DNA of 11,728 nt from Candidatus Micrarchaeota archaeon. GTDB taxonomy: Archaea; B1Sed10-29. Below, piece by piece: positions 1 to 7,717 of this stretch. Every line of letters starts with the position of its first letter. Position 1 is the first letter of the stretch. A program made the position numbers and the translations under genes. Under the pieces are notes generated by a model. The model saw only the letters and a list, made by a program, of their open reading frames with translations. It was not told the origin of the DNA and searched no databases. The stretch covers positions 3,188-14,915 of the forward strand of contig CAYLXZ010000016.1 in NCBI GenBank assembly GCA_964388265.1. The letters are read 5' to 3'.

Positions 1-2
1 GA

Positions 3-158
3 ATCACAGGAACCGTAGCAAAAGACACAAAAGAACAAGAAATAACAGTAATCCGCCCAGACACAGTAACCACAACCGCACCAGGGCTAAATCCAACACT
101 AGTAATAATGCTTTTCTTCGGAGCAATAACTCTTTATCTATTTAAAGAAATTGATTAA
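3..158 (+). CDS. 3' end of a probable cell-surface protein with an archaeosortase-type (PGF-CTERM-like) C-terminal tail; partial, begins before the window
   Basis: My translation from base 3 is ITGTVAKDTKEQEITVIRPDTVTTTAPGLNPTLVIMLFFGAITLYLFKEID*, with TAA at 156-158. It shows a Thr-rich linker, APGL, a hydrophobic helix and a short charged end. Not in the ORF track. Confidence 0.7.
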   Translation: MTGTVAKDTKEQEITVIRPDTVTTTAPGLNPTLVIMLFFGAITLYLFKEID

Positions 159-166
159 AAGTTAAT

Positions 167-1303
167 CTAGCTCCACATCTTTTGAGCTAGTTCGCCTTCA
201 TACATGTACTGATCCAGTTTATCCTCTGCTTTGTCTCTTTTTCTCTGGTGTCCCTTTAGGAATTCTTGGAGTTTTTCTATGGCTATCTGTTTGAGTTCTC
301 CTGTGAGCAGTTCACCGGATTCGTATTCTCTTCTTATTCTCTCGATCTCTTTATCGTCATCTTCAAGTAGGATGTATAGCCATTGGAACGCTGTGTCCAC
401 GTCTGGGTTTCCTCCTTTCTTTCTATGTTCTTCTGCTGATGTTTGTCCTCCTGAGTAAGCGTATTTATTTATCTTTTTTGGAATTTCATCTATATCTTCA
501 TCTAGGAACACTGTAGATGATGGTTCTGAGGAACTCATCTTTCCTGCAGGCCCTTTTAATCCAGGTAGGAACTTGCTTTGGATAGCTGCTGTTTTTTTAT
601 AACCTAGCTTTTGAGCTATGTCTCTTTGAACTCTCCAGTAGGGATCTTGGTCAATGGCGGATGGTATGAGGCATCTTTTCTCTTCGAATAAAGAGGGAAC
701 TATCTGCATGGCGGGGTAGAATATGCTTCCGATGTTCGAGCTGTTTTCAAATCCAAACACTGCTTTTACTTGGGAATAGGTTATTTTGTCAGCTACCTTG
801 GCTGCTTTCTTGTACATGTGGCCCGCGTACTCTGAGTTTTTGAATATGAATGTTTTATCAGGGTCAAAGCCCGCTGCTGCTATGTCTTTTATGTTCTCTT
901 CAACGTTATTCTGGATCTTGCTCCAACCCAGATCTTTGAACCAGTATTCTTCATCGTCTGTGATCTGTATATAGAGGTTTACGTCGAATTTATCCTGAAG
1001 CCATTTTGTGAATAGCATGGGGATCAGGTGTCCGATATGCATCTTGTTGGATGGACCCATCCCTGTGTAGAGGAAGAATCCTTCTCCGGACTCATGTTCA
1101 TCTAAGATTTTATCTAGGTCTCTATGTGAATAAAAGTACTTTCTTCTTAGAAGCTGATGGAGGTCTCCTGTGTGTTCCTGAATTCGATTAAGTAACTCTT
1201 CATCTATTGGGCTGGTTCCGAATTTTTCCACGAGTCTATTGAAGTTCACTTCTCCTTCAACTTCCCATGGAGTTACTTTGAATGTACCTTCATCTTCACT
1301 CAT
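167..1303 (-). CDS. trpS: Tryptophanyl-tRNA synthetase, archaeal/eukaryotic type
   Basis: N-terminal VTPWEV, YTGxGPS, HIGH motif (MHIGHLIP), AIDQDPY, KMSSS and SGG..EEHR..GGNPDVD. Confidence 0.97.
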   Translation of the reverse strand: MSEDEGTFKVTPWEVEGEVNFNRLVEKFGTSPIDEELLNRIQEHTGDLHQLLRRKYFYSHRDLDKILDEHESGEGFFLYTGMGPSNKMHIGHLIPMLFTKWLQDKFDVNLYIQITDDEEYWFKDLGWSKIQNNVEENIKDIAAAGFDPDKTFIFKNSEYAGHMYKKAAKVADKITYSQVKAVFGFENSSNIGSIFYPAMQIVPSLFEEKRCLIPSAIDQDPYWRVQRDIAQKLGYKKTAAIQSKFLPGLKGPAGKMSSSEPSSTVFLDEDIDEIPKKINKYAYSGGQTSAEEHRKKGGNPDVDTAFQWLYILLEDDDKEIERIRREYESGELLTGELKQIAIEKLQEFLKGHQRKRDKAEDKLDQYMYEGELAQKMWS

Positions 1304-1332
1304 CTTGATCCTGGGATTTTAAGTGACCGAGT

Positions 1333-1369
1333 TTATTAAAGTCTTCTCCTACCCAGAGGTATTTATATT
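1333..1369. promoter_or_regulatory. Divergent archaeal TATA boxes for trpS and the 1396 ORF
   Basis: TTTAATAA on the minus strand (1340-1333) starts 37 nt before the trpS ATG. TTTATATT on the plus strand (1362-1369) starts 34 nt before ATG 1396. The spacing fits short-leader or leaderless mRNAs. Confidence 0.55.
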
Positions 1370-1395
1370 TACTTTCCTTAAATTTAGATGATACA

Positions 1396-1920
1396 ATGGC
1401 TGAATATAAAGTGAAAGGAGAGGAAGAGGAGTTCGTTGTCGAGCTCCCTGAACTCGTGGATGAAAGAACCAAGGAAGTTATTGACAAGACTTTGAAGAAA
1501 TGTGTGGAACCTGAAAAACAAGAGAAAGTTATGAACGCTTTCAACAGAGTTATCTCACAGACAAACTCCATCGTGGATAACCTTAAAGAAGATGAAAGGT
1601 ACGATGAGAAACTAGAAGAGGATATAAGGAGATTCGTGGGCATAGAGATAAAGAAAGGGTTCGACATAGGTAAACTAACTATCCAGCCCGAAGAAGTAGA
1701 GACAGTGCACGAAGCAATAGGTGAAAAGATGGAGTATGAGGGAAAAGTGATCGAGGACCTGCCTGAAGAACTCCAGGAGTTCTCCAGATACATATTCGGT
1801 TGCCTAGAGCTAGGTAGAATATCATTCGAAAGCGGACTTACCCTAGGAATACTCATATCCATGGAAAAAGCAGACGAGTTCTACAGGGAAGAGTCCGATG
1901 GAGTCTCCTACATTCAATAA
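1396..1920 (+). CDS. Acidic hypothetical protein (174 aa)
   Basis: Open frame with the same purine-rich, E/K-rich usage as neighbouring genes and an upstream TATA box. No family recognised. Confidence 0.8.
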   Translation: MAEYKVKGEEEEFVVELPELVDERTKEVIDKTLKKCVEPEKQEKVMNAFNRVISQTNSIVDNLKEDERYDEKLEEDIRRFVGIEIKKGFDIGKLTIQPEEVETVHEAIGEKMEYEGKVIEDLPEELQEFSRYIFGCLELGRISFESGLTLGILISMEKADEFYREESDGVSYIQ

Positions 1921-1962
1921 GAAGACTTGCCTTCATCTTCAAAAATATTTAAGGGGTAGAAT

Positions 1963-1999
1963 ATGGATATACAGGAAGCTCAGATGGATATACAGGAAG
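1963..1999 (+). repeat. Exact 16-bp direct repeat with a 21-nt period at the nucS start
   Basis: ATGGATATACAGGAAG at 1963-1978 and 1984-1999, separated by CTCAG. It encodes MDIQE twice in frame. Confidence 0.9.
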
Positions 2000-2715
2000 G
2001 CTTGAGGAAGAACATGGTTCTAGTATCCGGTCCCTGTGTAGTGAAGTACCAGGGAAGAGCCGGGTCAAAACTAGCAGAAGGAGAAAGACTGATTCTGATT
2101 AAGAGAGATGGAACCTTTCTAGTGCACCAGAACGAAGGCTTTAAACCCGTGAACTACCAGCCACCCGGGACTATGGTATCCGTAGACATAGAAGATGAGG
2201 AATTAATTATTCGGGCTCGAAGAAAGGACCCGAGAGAATTGATAGAAGTAACCATGCCAGAGGTCAACTACGTGAAGAACATCAAGCTAAGAGATGATGA
2301 AGACATAGATATCCACGGAACCGAAAGACAGCTCGCAGACATGCTCATGGAAGACCTATCAGTAGTGGAAGAAGGAATGAAGGCACGGAACAAGGAATCT
2401 CCACTTCCACAAGGAGATGTAGATATCTTTGCTGAGGATAAAGAAGGTAAATACGTGGTTATAGAGGTGAAGAGAAAGAAAGCAAGTTTAGATGCTGTTT
2501 CTCAGTTAAAAAGGTATGTTGAGGAGACTGAAAAGAGAAAAGATAAGGAGACTCGGGGGATACTCTGTGCTCCTGGAATATCAAGCAAAGCCAGGAAACA
2601 CCTTGAGGACTCGGGGCTTGAGTTCAGTGAACTTGACTTCGAGATAATGGGCCACGATGAAACTGAGATAAAAGGACTCACGGAAACGCAGAAAGGATTA
2701 AACGAATTTCAATGA
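1963..2715 (+). CDS. nucS: Mismatch-specific endonuclease NucS/EndoMS
   Basis: CxVxYxGRAxSxL..GER.I.IK.DG..LVH, PVNYQPPG, a PD-(D/E)xK core (GDVDIFA...VIEVKR) and the QLxRY motif. Confidence 0.95.
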   Translation: MDIQEAQMDIQEGLRKNMVLVSGPCVVKYQGRAGSKLAEGERLILIKRDGTFLVHQNEGFKPVNYQPPGTMVSVDIEDEELIIRARRKDPRELIEVTMPEVNYVKNIKLRDDEDIDIHGTERQLADMLMEDLSVVEEGMKARNKESPLPQGDVDIFAEDKEGKYVVIEVKRKKASLDAVSQLKRYVEETEKRKDKETRGILCAPGISSKARKHLEDSGLEFSELDFEIMGHDETEIKGLTETQKGLNEFQ

Positions 2716-2750
2716 ATTCATTCATATCCAGCTCCGGATAAATCCAAAGG

Positions 2751-2786
2751 TTTTTATTAACCATCTTCATTCTACGTATAGGTGAT
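2751..2786 (+). promoter_or_regulatory. TATA box and Shine-Dalgarno site of the histone-fold gene
   Basis: AAAGG followed by TTTTTATT at 2751-2758. AGGTGAT at 2780-2786 precedes ATG 2790. Confidence 0.6.
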
Positions 2787-2789
2787 ACC

Positions 2790-3194
2790 ATGCCAGAAGA
2801 ACCTGAAGAAATAGAAGAAAAGAAAGAAGAATTGAAAGAGACGGATACAGAGGAACTACCACTTCCCAATGCCACAGTAGTAAGGCTGATGAAGGATAAC
2901 CTATCCGAAGACAAGATGATAAAAAAAGAAGTCAAGGTAGCGATGAACAAGTTCCTAGGAGAAGTAATAAAAGACATAGCAACCCGGCTAGATGAATTCC
3001 CATATGCCACAGTAGACTACTCCATGTTCAGAGAAGCAATAAAGCCATTCAAACAAGCGAAAGAGATCGGAGAAGAAAAAGATAGGCTACACACACATCT
3101 AGATAAAATAATCAGCGACTGCAGGTCAGTGCAAAGAGATCTAGAAAGAAAGTTCGAAGAACCAAAGACCTCGGGAAGAGAAGTAGAACTATAA
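2790..3194 (+). CDS. Non-canonical archaeal histone-fold protein (CBF/NF-YB-like fold) with an acidic N-terminal tail and a long C-terminal helix
   Basis: LPLPNATVVRLMK matches the histone-fold helix-1 pattern LPxAxxxRxMK. It is followed by a loop (KMIKKE), a long helix 2, and TVD..MFREA (loop 2/helix 3), then an amphipathic extension of about 45 aa. Confidence 0.8.
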   Translation: MPEEPEEIEEKKEELKETDTEELPLPNATVVRLMKDNLSEDKMIKKEVKVAMNKFLGEVIKDIATRLDEFPYATVDYSMFREAIKPFKQAKEIGEEKDRLHTHLDKIISDCRSVQRDLERKFEEPKTSGREVEL

Positions 3195-3198
3195 AAAC

Positions 3199-3699
3199 CT
3201 AGACAGGGAGGGCTTCAGACCCTTCCTTAACCAATGTCTTTGTTTCCTTTTCCTTAACTTCCCCTGTTTCAGCGTCCAGATCCACTCTATGTAGTTCAAG
3301 TGATTTCCCTATCATGTTAACTTCCCAAGTCTCCTTACCTTTTGTCTTAAGATTCACAAGAACCTGGTTAACTCCAGGCGAACCATCTTCCAACTCCTCT
3401 TTTGCTTTATCTACTGCTTCTTTCGCAGTTAATTTAACTTTATCCAGATTTATCTCTTTGGTTGAAGGATCCATTGGCTCAGCCGATTCTTTGAAGTTGA
3501 ATTCGTCCTCTCCCTTCATTATTCCTTGTACTACTTCTTCTTTATCCGGATTATAGAAGGTGATTATCCATCTTTTTAACTGTCCTTTCTTCATGTCCAT
3601 TACTCCGATACCTGCATTCAGGTAATAGCCTTCTTCAACTGCGTCTTTGATCTCTTTTTCTTCTTTAACTTTCTCTAGAGCTTCCTTAAATCCAATCAT
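3199..3699 (-). CDS. PepSY-like domain protein without a signal peptide (166 aa; start revised to ATG 3699)
   Basis: GAGGTGA SD lies just upstream of ATG 3699 (MIGFKEAL...). The C-terminal half LTAKEAVDKAKE...TWEV...VDLDAETGEV follows the PepSY pattern. Confidence 0.7.
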   Translation of the reverse strand: MIGFKEALEKVKEEKEIKDAVEEGYYLNAGIGVMDMKKGQLKRWIITFYNPDKEEVVQGIMKGEDEFNFKESAEPMDPSTKEINLDKVKLTAKEAVDKAKEELEDGSPGVNQVLVNLKTKGKETWEVNMIGKSLELHRVDLDAETGEVKEKETKTLVKEGSEALPV

Positions 3700-3764
3700 T
3701 TCATTCACCTCTCTGTTACTTATATATTTAACACGGGAAGAATTTAATAATATGGGTGTAATTC

Positions 3765-5609
3765 TTGGAATCGGAATCAGTGGAGAAGAGGAAGTACATC
3801 TCAACACTGTCAAGGTACTTCTTTGAACTACCTGGGCTAAAGAAGACAATTGTGCTCTCTCTTTTAACAGGGATAGTTCCAGGTATCCTGGGCTACATCT
3901 TCCTCAAAACTCCATCTACGGGGATTGAACCTATTTTGTACGGCTCGATGATGGGTTTGTTCTTTATATGGCTCCCTGGGATAATCTCTGGGATTTTAAC
4001 CACTGCCATATCCACTGAAACACCTAGAACACTTACTTTAAGAAGATCAATCAATTTATCCTTCTTCAGCATGATTATACTATCTGGATTCTACGTAGTA
4101 GGATCCATGCTTCCTCAAACATTTCCATTGAATTTCCTGAATCTATTAATATACGGATACGTGGTTATATTCATCTTAAGAGCCCTCTCCATAAAGATAA
4201 CTCATCCTTACACCAACATCGAGGTCTTTGGACTTGGATTGATCCATCCATTAACCGGATACATATTCATTTACCTATCAAGCTACCTAACATTCTTGGT
4301 TACGCCAATTCCTCTCTACATACCCTTCACCTCTCTATTGATTAAGTTTTCACTGAGCTTAGTTATCCTCTCAGCTGGAGTGATCTTCTTCTTCGCAGTG
4401 ATCAATGCTCCGATGAAAAGAAACTTTGGAGTAACCACACTCGAAGTATCTCGCTCCGTACTGAACTACTGGCTCGATGGATCAATGGATATAGAAGGAT
4501 TATTCACCGAGATGAGTGAAAAGAAAGACACCCAAGCAAATGCCTTGGCATTCAGAAGAAAGAAAGATGAATCCATTAAATCAATCTTTGTAGTACCTTA
4601 CCTACATCCAGGGCCATTCAAAGGCGTGGGAGGAGGTAAACTAACCGAAGTATTCACAAAAGACCTAGAAGAAGAACTAGAAACCACTGTATTGCTCCCT
4701 CATAGTTCTTCAACCCACGACTTGAATCCAGCTGACCTTGAGTCAGTTCAATCTGCCTCAAACCAAATCAAAGAGACCTTAAATCAAGAGATAGATAACT
4801 TGGACTATAGTTCCCAGGCCAGTTCCTCCATCCGTGTAGAGAACAGCGATGTCAAGATCCTGGGACAGGTGCTCGGAGACACAGCACTAACCGTTTCAAC
4901 CTTCTCACCAAAGGAAACTGATGACCTAGACACCTCCATGGGCCTAGCTATAGAGAACAAGCTTAAAAACAGCTTCCAGAACGGTATCCATGTGGACGCA
5001 CATAACTGCTATGATCCAAGGCAGAAATCCATCAAATCTGGAGATACAAAGTCATATAACCTCTTAGAATCCAGTGAAGAAGCAAGAGATCAGCTGGAGA
5101 GCCTGGAGAAACATGAAATGAAACTAGGAATAGGAATAGATAAAGACCCTGGCTTTGGAGAAGAAGAGATAGGTTACTCTGGAATAAGAACCGCTTTAAT
5201 AGAAGTTAACGGTCATATAACCGCCTATATACTGGTAGGTGGAAACAACGTTTTCCCAGGACTCAGAGAAAAAGTAATAGAAGAAGTGAAAAACATAGGA
5301 ATAGACAACGTGGAGCTCATGACAACGGACTCCCATGAAGTCAATAACCTGAGCTCGGGTGAAACTCCAGTAGGAACAACCATAAACCATAAAGAGATAA
5401 TAGAAAAAATCAAGCGAACAGTAGAAAAAGCAATAAAGGACAAAGAGCCAGTCCAATGTGGTTCAGTATCTATAGACATAAAGGATGTAAACGTGCTAGG
5501 TAAAGATCTAGTTCCAACCGTGAACTCCACGATAGCCGTCACGAAGAAAGTAGGACCTGTAATACTCATATTCTCACTTATACTATCCCTGGCCGCAGTA
5601 ACAGTATGA
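3765..5609 (+). CDS. DUF2070 family archaeal membrane protein (predicted lipid hydrolase of the neutral ceramidase superfamily)
   Basis: Multi-TM N-terminal third, then HPGPF..GG, H...HD.NP, DAHN and TTDSH motifs, and a C-terminal TM. TTG start with GGGTG upstream; the exact start is uncertain. Confidence 0.85.
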   Translation: MESESVEKRKYISTLSRYFFELPGLKKTIVLSLLTGIVPGILGYIFLKTPSTGIEPILYGSMMGLFFIWLPGIISGILTTAISTETPRTLTLRRSINLSFFSMIILSGFYVVGSMLPQTFPLNFLNLLIYGYVVIFILRALSIKITHPYTNIEVFGLGLIHPLTGYIFIYLSSYLTFLVTPIPLYIPFTSLLIKFSLSLVILSAGVIFFFAVINAPMKRNFGVTTLEVSRSVLNYWLDGSMDIEGLFTEMSEKKDTQANALAFRRKKDESIKSIFVVPYLHPGPFKGVGGGKLTEVFTKDLEEELETTVLLPHSSSTHDLNPADLESVQSASNQIKETLNQEIDNLDYSSQASSSIRVENSDVKILGQVLGDTALTVSTFSPKETDDLDTSMGLAIENKLKNSFQNGIHVDAHNCYDPRQKSIKSGDTKSYNLLESSEEARDQLESLEKHEMKLGIGIDKDPGFGEEEIGYSGIRTALIEVNGHITAYILVGGNNVFPGLREKVIEEVKNIGIDNVELMTTDSHEVNNLSSGETPVGTTINHKEIIEKIKRTVEKAIKDKEPVQCGSVSIDIKDVNVLGKDLVPTVNSTIAVTKKVGPVILIFSLILSLAAVTV

Positions 5610-5694
5610 GTAAAAAACCCTGAAAAACTCCTTTCTGAATTAACTCTCTGGAAACAATAAATCTTATAAAATAATCTTCCTTTCAAAACTTAAG

Positions 5695-6171
5695 ATGAAT
5701 AAACTATACCTAGACATAGAGACCACTGGACTCGACAGAGAGAACCATAAAGTAACCGTGGTAGGAGCCTACGACGGAGACGAAGTATACCAACTTATAA
5801 GAGATAAAGATCTCTGCCAAGAAAACATAAGGAACCTTCTGGAAGAAGCTAATGAAGTCGTAACCTTCAATGGAAAAAGATTCGACATTCCCTTCCTAGA
5901 ACACAACTACGAGGTCTCCTGCGAATTCAAACACAAAGACTTGATGTACCTTGGATGGAAACTAGACTGGTACGGGGGACTGAAGAAGATAGAGAAGAAA
6001 CTAGGAATAGACAGAGGATCCGGGGTCACAGATGGAAAAGAAGCAGTAAAGCTATGGAAGAAATATAAAGAAAGAAACCATAATGAATCACTGAAGAAAC
6101 TGCTTAAATATAATAGAGAGGATGTCATCAACCTAACCAAGATAGAGAAAAAGATGGAGGAAAGAATATAA
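5695..6171 (+). CDS. RNase H-like DEDDy 3'-5' exonuclease (YprB / RNase_H_2 family)
   Basis: ExoI LDIETTG, ExoII TFNGKRFDIPFL, HxDL, GGLKKIE and ExoIII YNREDV. TATA CTTATAAA at 5663-5670. Confidence 0.9.
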   Translation: MNKLYLDIETTGLDRENHKVTVVGAYDGDEVYQLIRDKDLCQENIRNLLEEANEVVTFNGKRFDIPFLEHNYEVSCEFKHKDLMYLGWKLDWYGGLKKIEKKLGIDRGSGVTDGKEAVKLWKKYKERNHNESLKKLLKYNREDVINLTKIEKKMEERI

Positions 6172-6461
6172 TGAGAGCATACAAAGCAATAGTAGCGTTA
6201 ATCGCTCTAGGAATGCTATTCGGAATCTACTTCACAGTAAAAGAGATAACACCAAAGTCAGAAGAAGATGGAGTAACTCAAAGAGTAATGGAATGCTATC
6301 AGGCTGCCCTGGACTGTAAAGAAGACTTAAGCTATTGCTCCAGCTGCTACGAGTACTGTCAAGACAAAGAAGGAAAAAATATAGTGAACAATTCTCTCGA
6401 TTACTGTGTGAAAGGTGAAGCGCAGGAGATAATAGATACAGCTAAGAACAGTTCTAGCTAA
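6171..6461 (+). CDS. Small N-terminally anchored Cys-rich hypothetical protein
   Basis: TAATG overlap with the upstream stop, a hydrophobic helix at about residues 6-23, and six Cys in the soluble part. Confidence 0.75.
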   Translation: MRAYKAIVALIALGMLFGIYFTVKEITPKSEEDGVTQRVMECYQAALDCKEDLSYCSSCYEYCQDKEGKNIVNNSLDYCVKGEAQEIIDTAKNSSS

Positions 6462-7009
6462 ACCTTTTTATTAATCTCCCACACCCTCTCCAGGACAGTT
6501 AGTATAGCGAAACCTAGCAAGAAGATTATCCCATAGTACAAGAAGCCTGGTTTAAACACTCCTATAATAACCAGTGCAGCTAGGGAAGCTGTTCTCGGGA
6601 ACCTGCCCAAGATACCCTTGTAAAGTCTTTTTCCGAGCACGGCTTGAGACTGAGTTCCAAGATAAGAAATCATGAGAATAACTATGGCTGTAATTAAACC
6701 AATCTTGGTGTTCACGTAGCTAGATAGGGCTATTCCTCCGAACATACACATGTCAACTATCCTGTCAGCCACGTGATCGAACACGTCACCTGCCTTGGTT
6801 GTTCTCCCTATAGATTTAGCTATTTCACCGTCGAGCAGATCCAAGAAACCGCTCAAGATAAGTAGAATCACCCCAAGAACTAGGTAATCTAGAGCAAATA
6901 ATACACCTGAAGCTACTCCTGATAATAGAGAGTTCAGGGTCACGTAATTAGGGTTAACATTAAATATGAATGGTTTTAAGATCTTTGTTCTGTACTTCTT
7001 GAGGTTCAT
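6458..7009 (-). CDS. pgsA: CDP-alcohol phosphatidyltransferase, probably archaetidylglycerol-phosphate synthase type
   Basis: PNxVT and the signature DLLDGEIAK...GDVFDHVADR (DxxDGxxAR..GxxxDxxxD), with multiple TMs. SYLGTQSQA resembles, from memory, the euryarchaeal PgsA/AgsA subfamily rather than the SYxRAR of inositol-phosphate types. Confidence 0.85.
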   Translation of the reverse strand: MNLKKYRTKILKPFIFNVNPNYVTLNSLLSGVASGVLFALDYLVLGVILLILSGFLDLLDGEIAKSIGRTTKAGDVFDHVADRIVDMCMFGGIALSSYVNTKIGLITAIVILMISYLGTQSQAVLGKRLYKGILGRFPRTASLAALVIIGVFKPGFLYYGIIFLLGFAILTVLERVWEINKKV

Positions 7010-7710
7010 GATTTCCTACCTCCTAGGTAGATGACTGAAGAAAGTTTCTTGAAAGGAAACATCTTTCCAATTGTTCGATCTATCTTGCTGTAAGATTTTG
7101 GTATTGAAGAAGGAGTGAATCTATAGAGCCCGTAGGGACATAAGAAATCTCTCTTCACCTGTATGTTATAGAAATCATTTTTAACAAGTAGCTTCTTCAA
7201 TTTTCTTTTTCTACGGAGCGTGCTATCCATACTTAAGAATTTATTGTAGAGTATTCTAGCGCTCCATAGGTTGAAGAAATCAAAGAGAACTCTATCATTC
7301 GTTAACCTTTCCATCTCCTTGAATAATGCTCGTGGATCATCTATAACATGGAAAACTCTTAATGAAGTCACTATATCGAACTCTTCGTCATCGTAGTCCG
7401 TGTTCTTCGCGTCCCCCTGCACGAACTCGATGTTGTCTTTCACTCCCCTTTCTTCAGCTTTCTTTTCTCCTTCTCCGAGCATTTCGCTTGATATATCCAG
7501 AGCTGTTACTTCAGCTCCTTTAGATGCGAACTCCACGGAGTACCTGCAGGTTCCTGCTCCTAAATCCATTATTTTCTTTCCTTCAATATCCCCGAGCATA
7601 TTCAGAACGTTGTTCTTCTCTCTCCGGTTTATTATTCTTCCACCTAGTCCTGTGAATCTCTTGTCATCGTAGGTGGATGCTATCTCCTTTTCTTTGTAGA
7701 ATTTTCCCAT
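7006..7710 (-). CDS. Class I SAM-dependent methyltransferase
   Basis: Motif I IMDLGAGTC, ALDISSEML, FVQGDA and FDIV...RVFH. Its stop overlaps the pgsA start (ATGA). Confidence 0.92.
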   Translation of the reverse strand: MGKFYKEKEIASTYDDKRFTGLGGRIINRREKNNVLNMLGDIEGKKIMDLGAGTCRYSVEFASKGAEVTALDISSEMLGEGEKKAEERGVKDNIEFVQGDAKNTDYDDEEFDIVTSLRVFHVIDDPRALFKEMERLTNDRVLFDFFNLWSARILYNKFLSMDSTLRRKRKLKKLLVKNDFYNIQVKRDFLCPYGLYRFTPSSIPKSYSKIDRTIGKMFPFKKLSSVIYLGGRKS

Positions 7711-7717
7711 TTAATCA

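Noticed and set aside
1900..1920. C-terminal SYIQ of the 174-aa protein as a proteasome-docking HbYX motif
   Set aside because: Tyr is third from the end rather than penultimate, and there is no other supporting feature.
3700..3849. N-terminal extension of the 3199 ORF to 3849
   Set aside because: It overlaps the divergent promoter region and the DUF2070 gene. The SD supports ATG 3699.
1963..6171. NucS, histone fold and DEDDy exonuclease as a novel defence system
   Set aside because: The genes are not contiguous, appear to have separate promoters, belong to widespread housekeeping families, and show no island or mobility signals.
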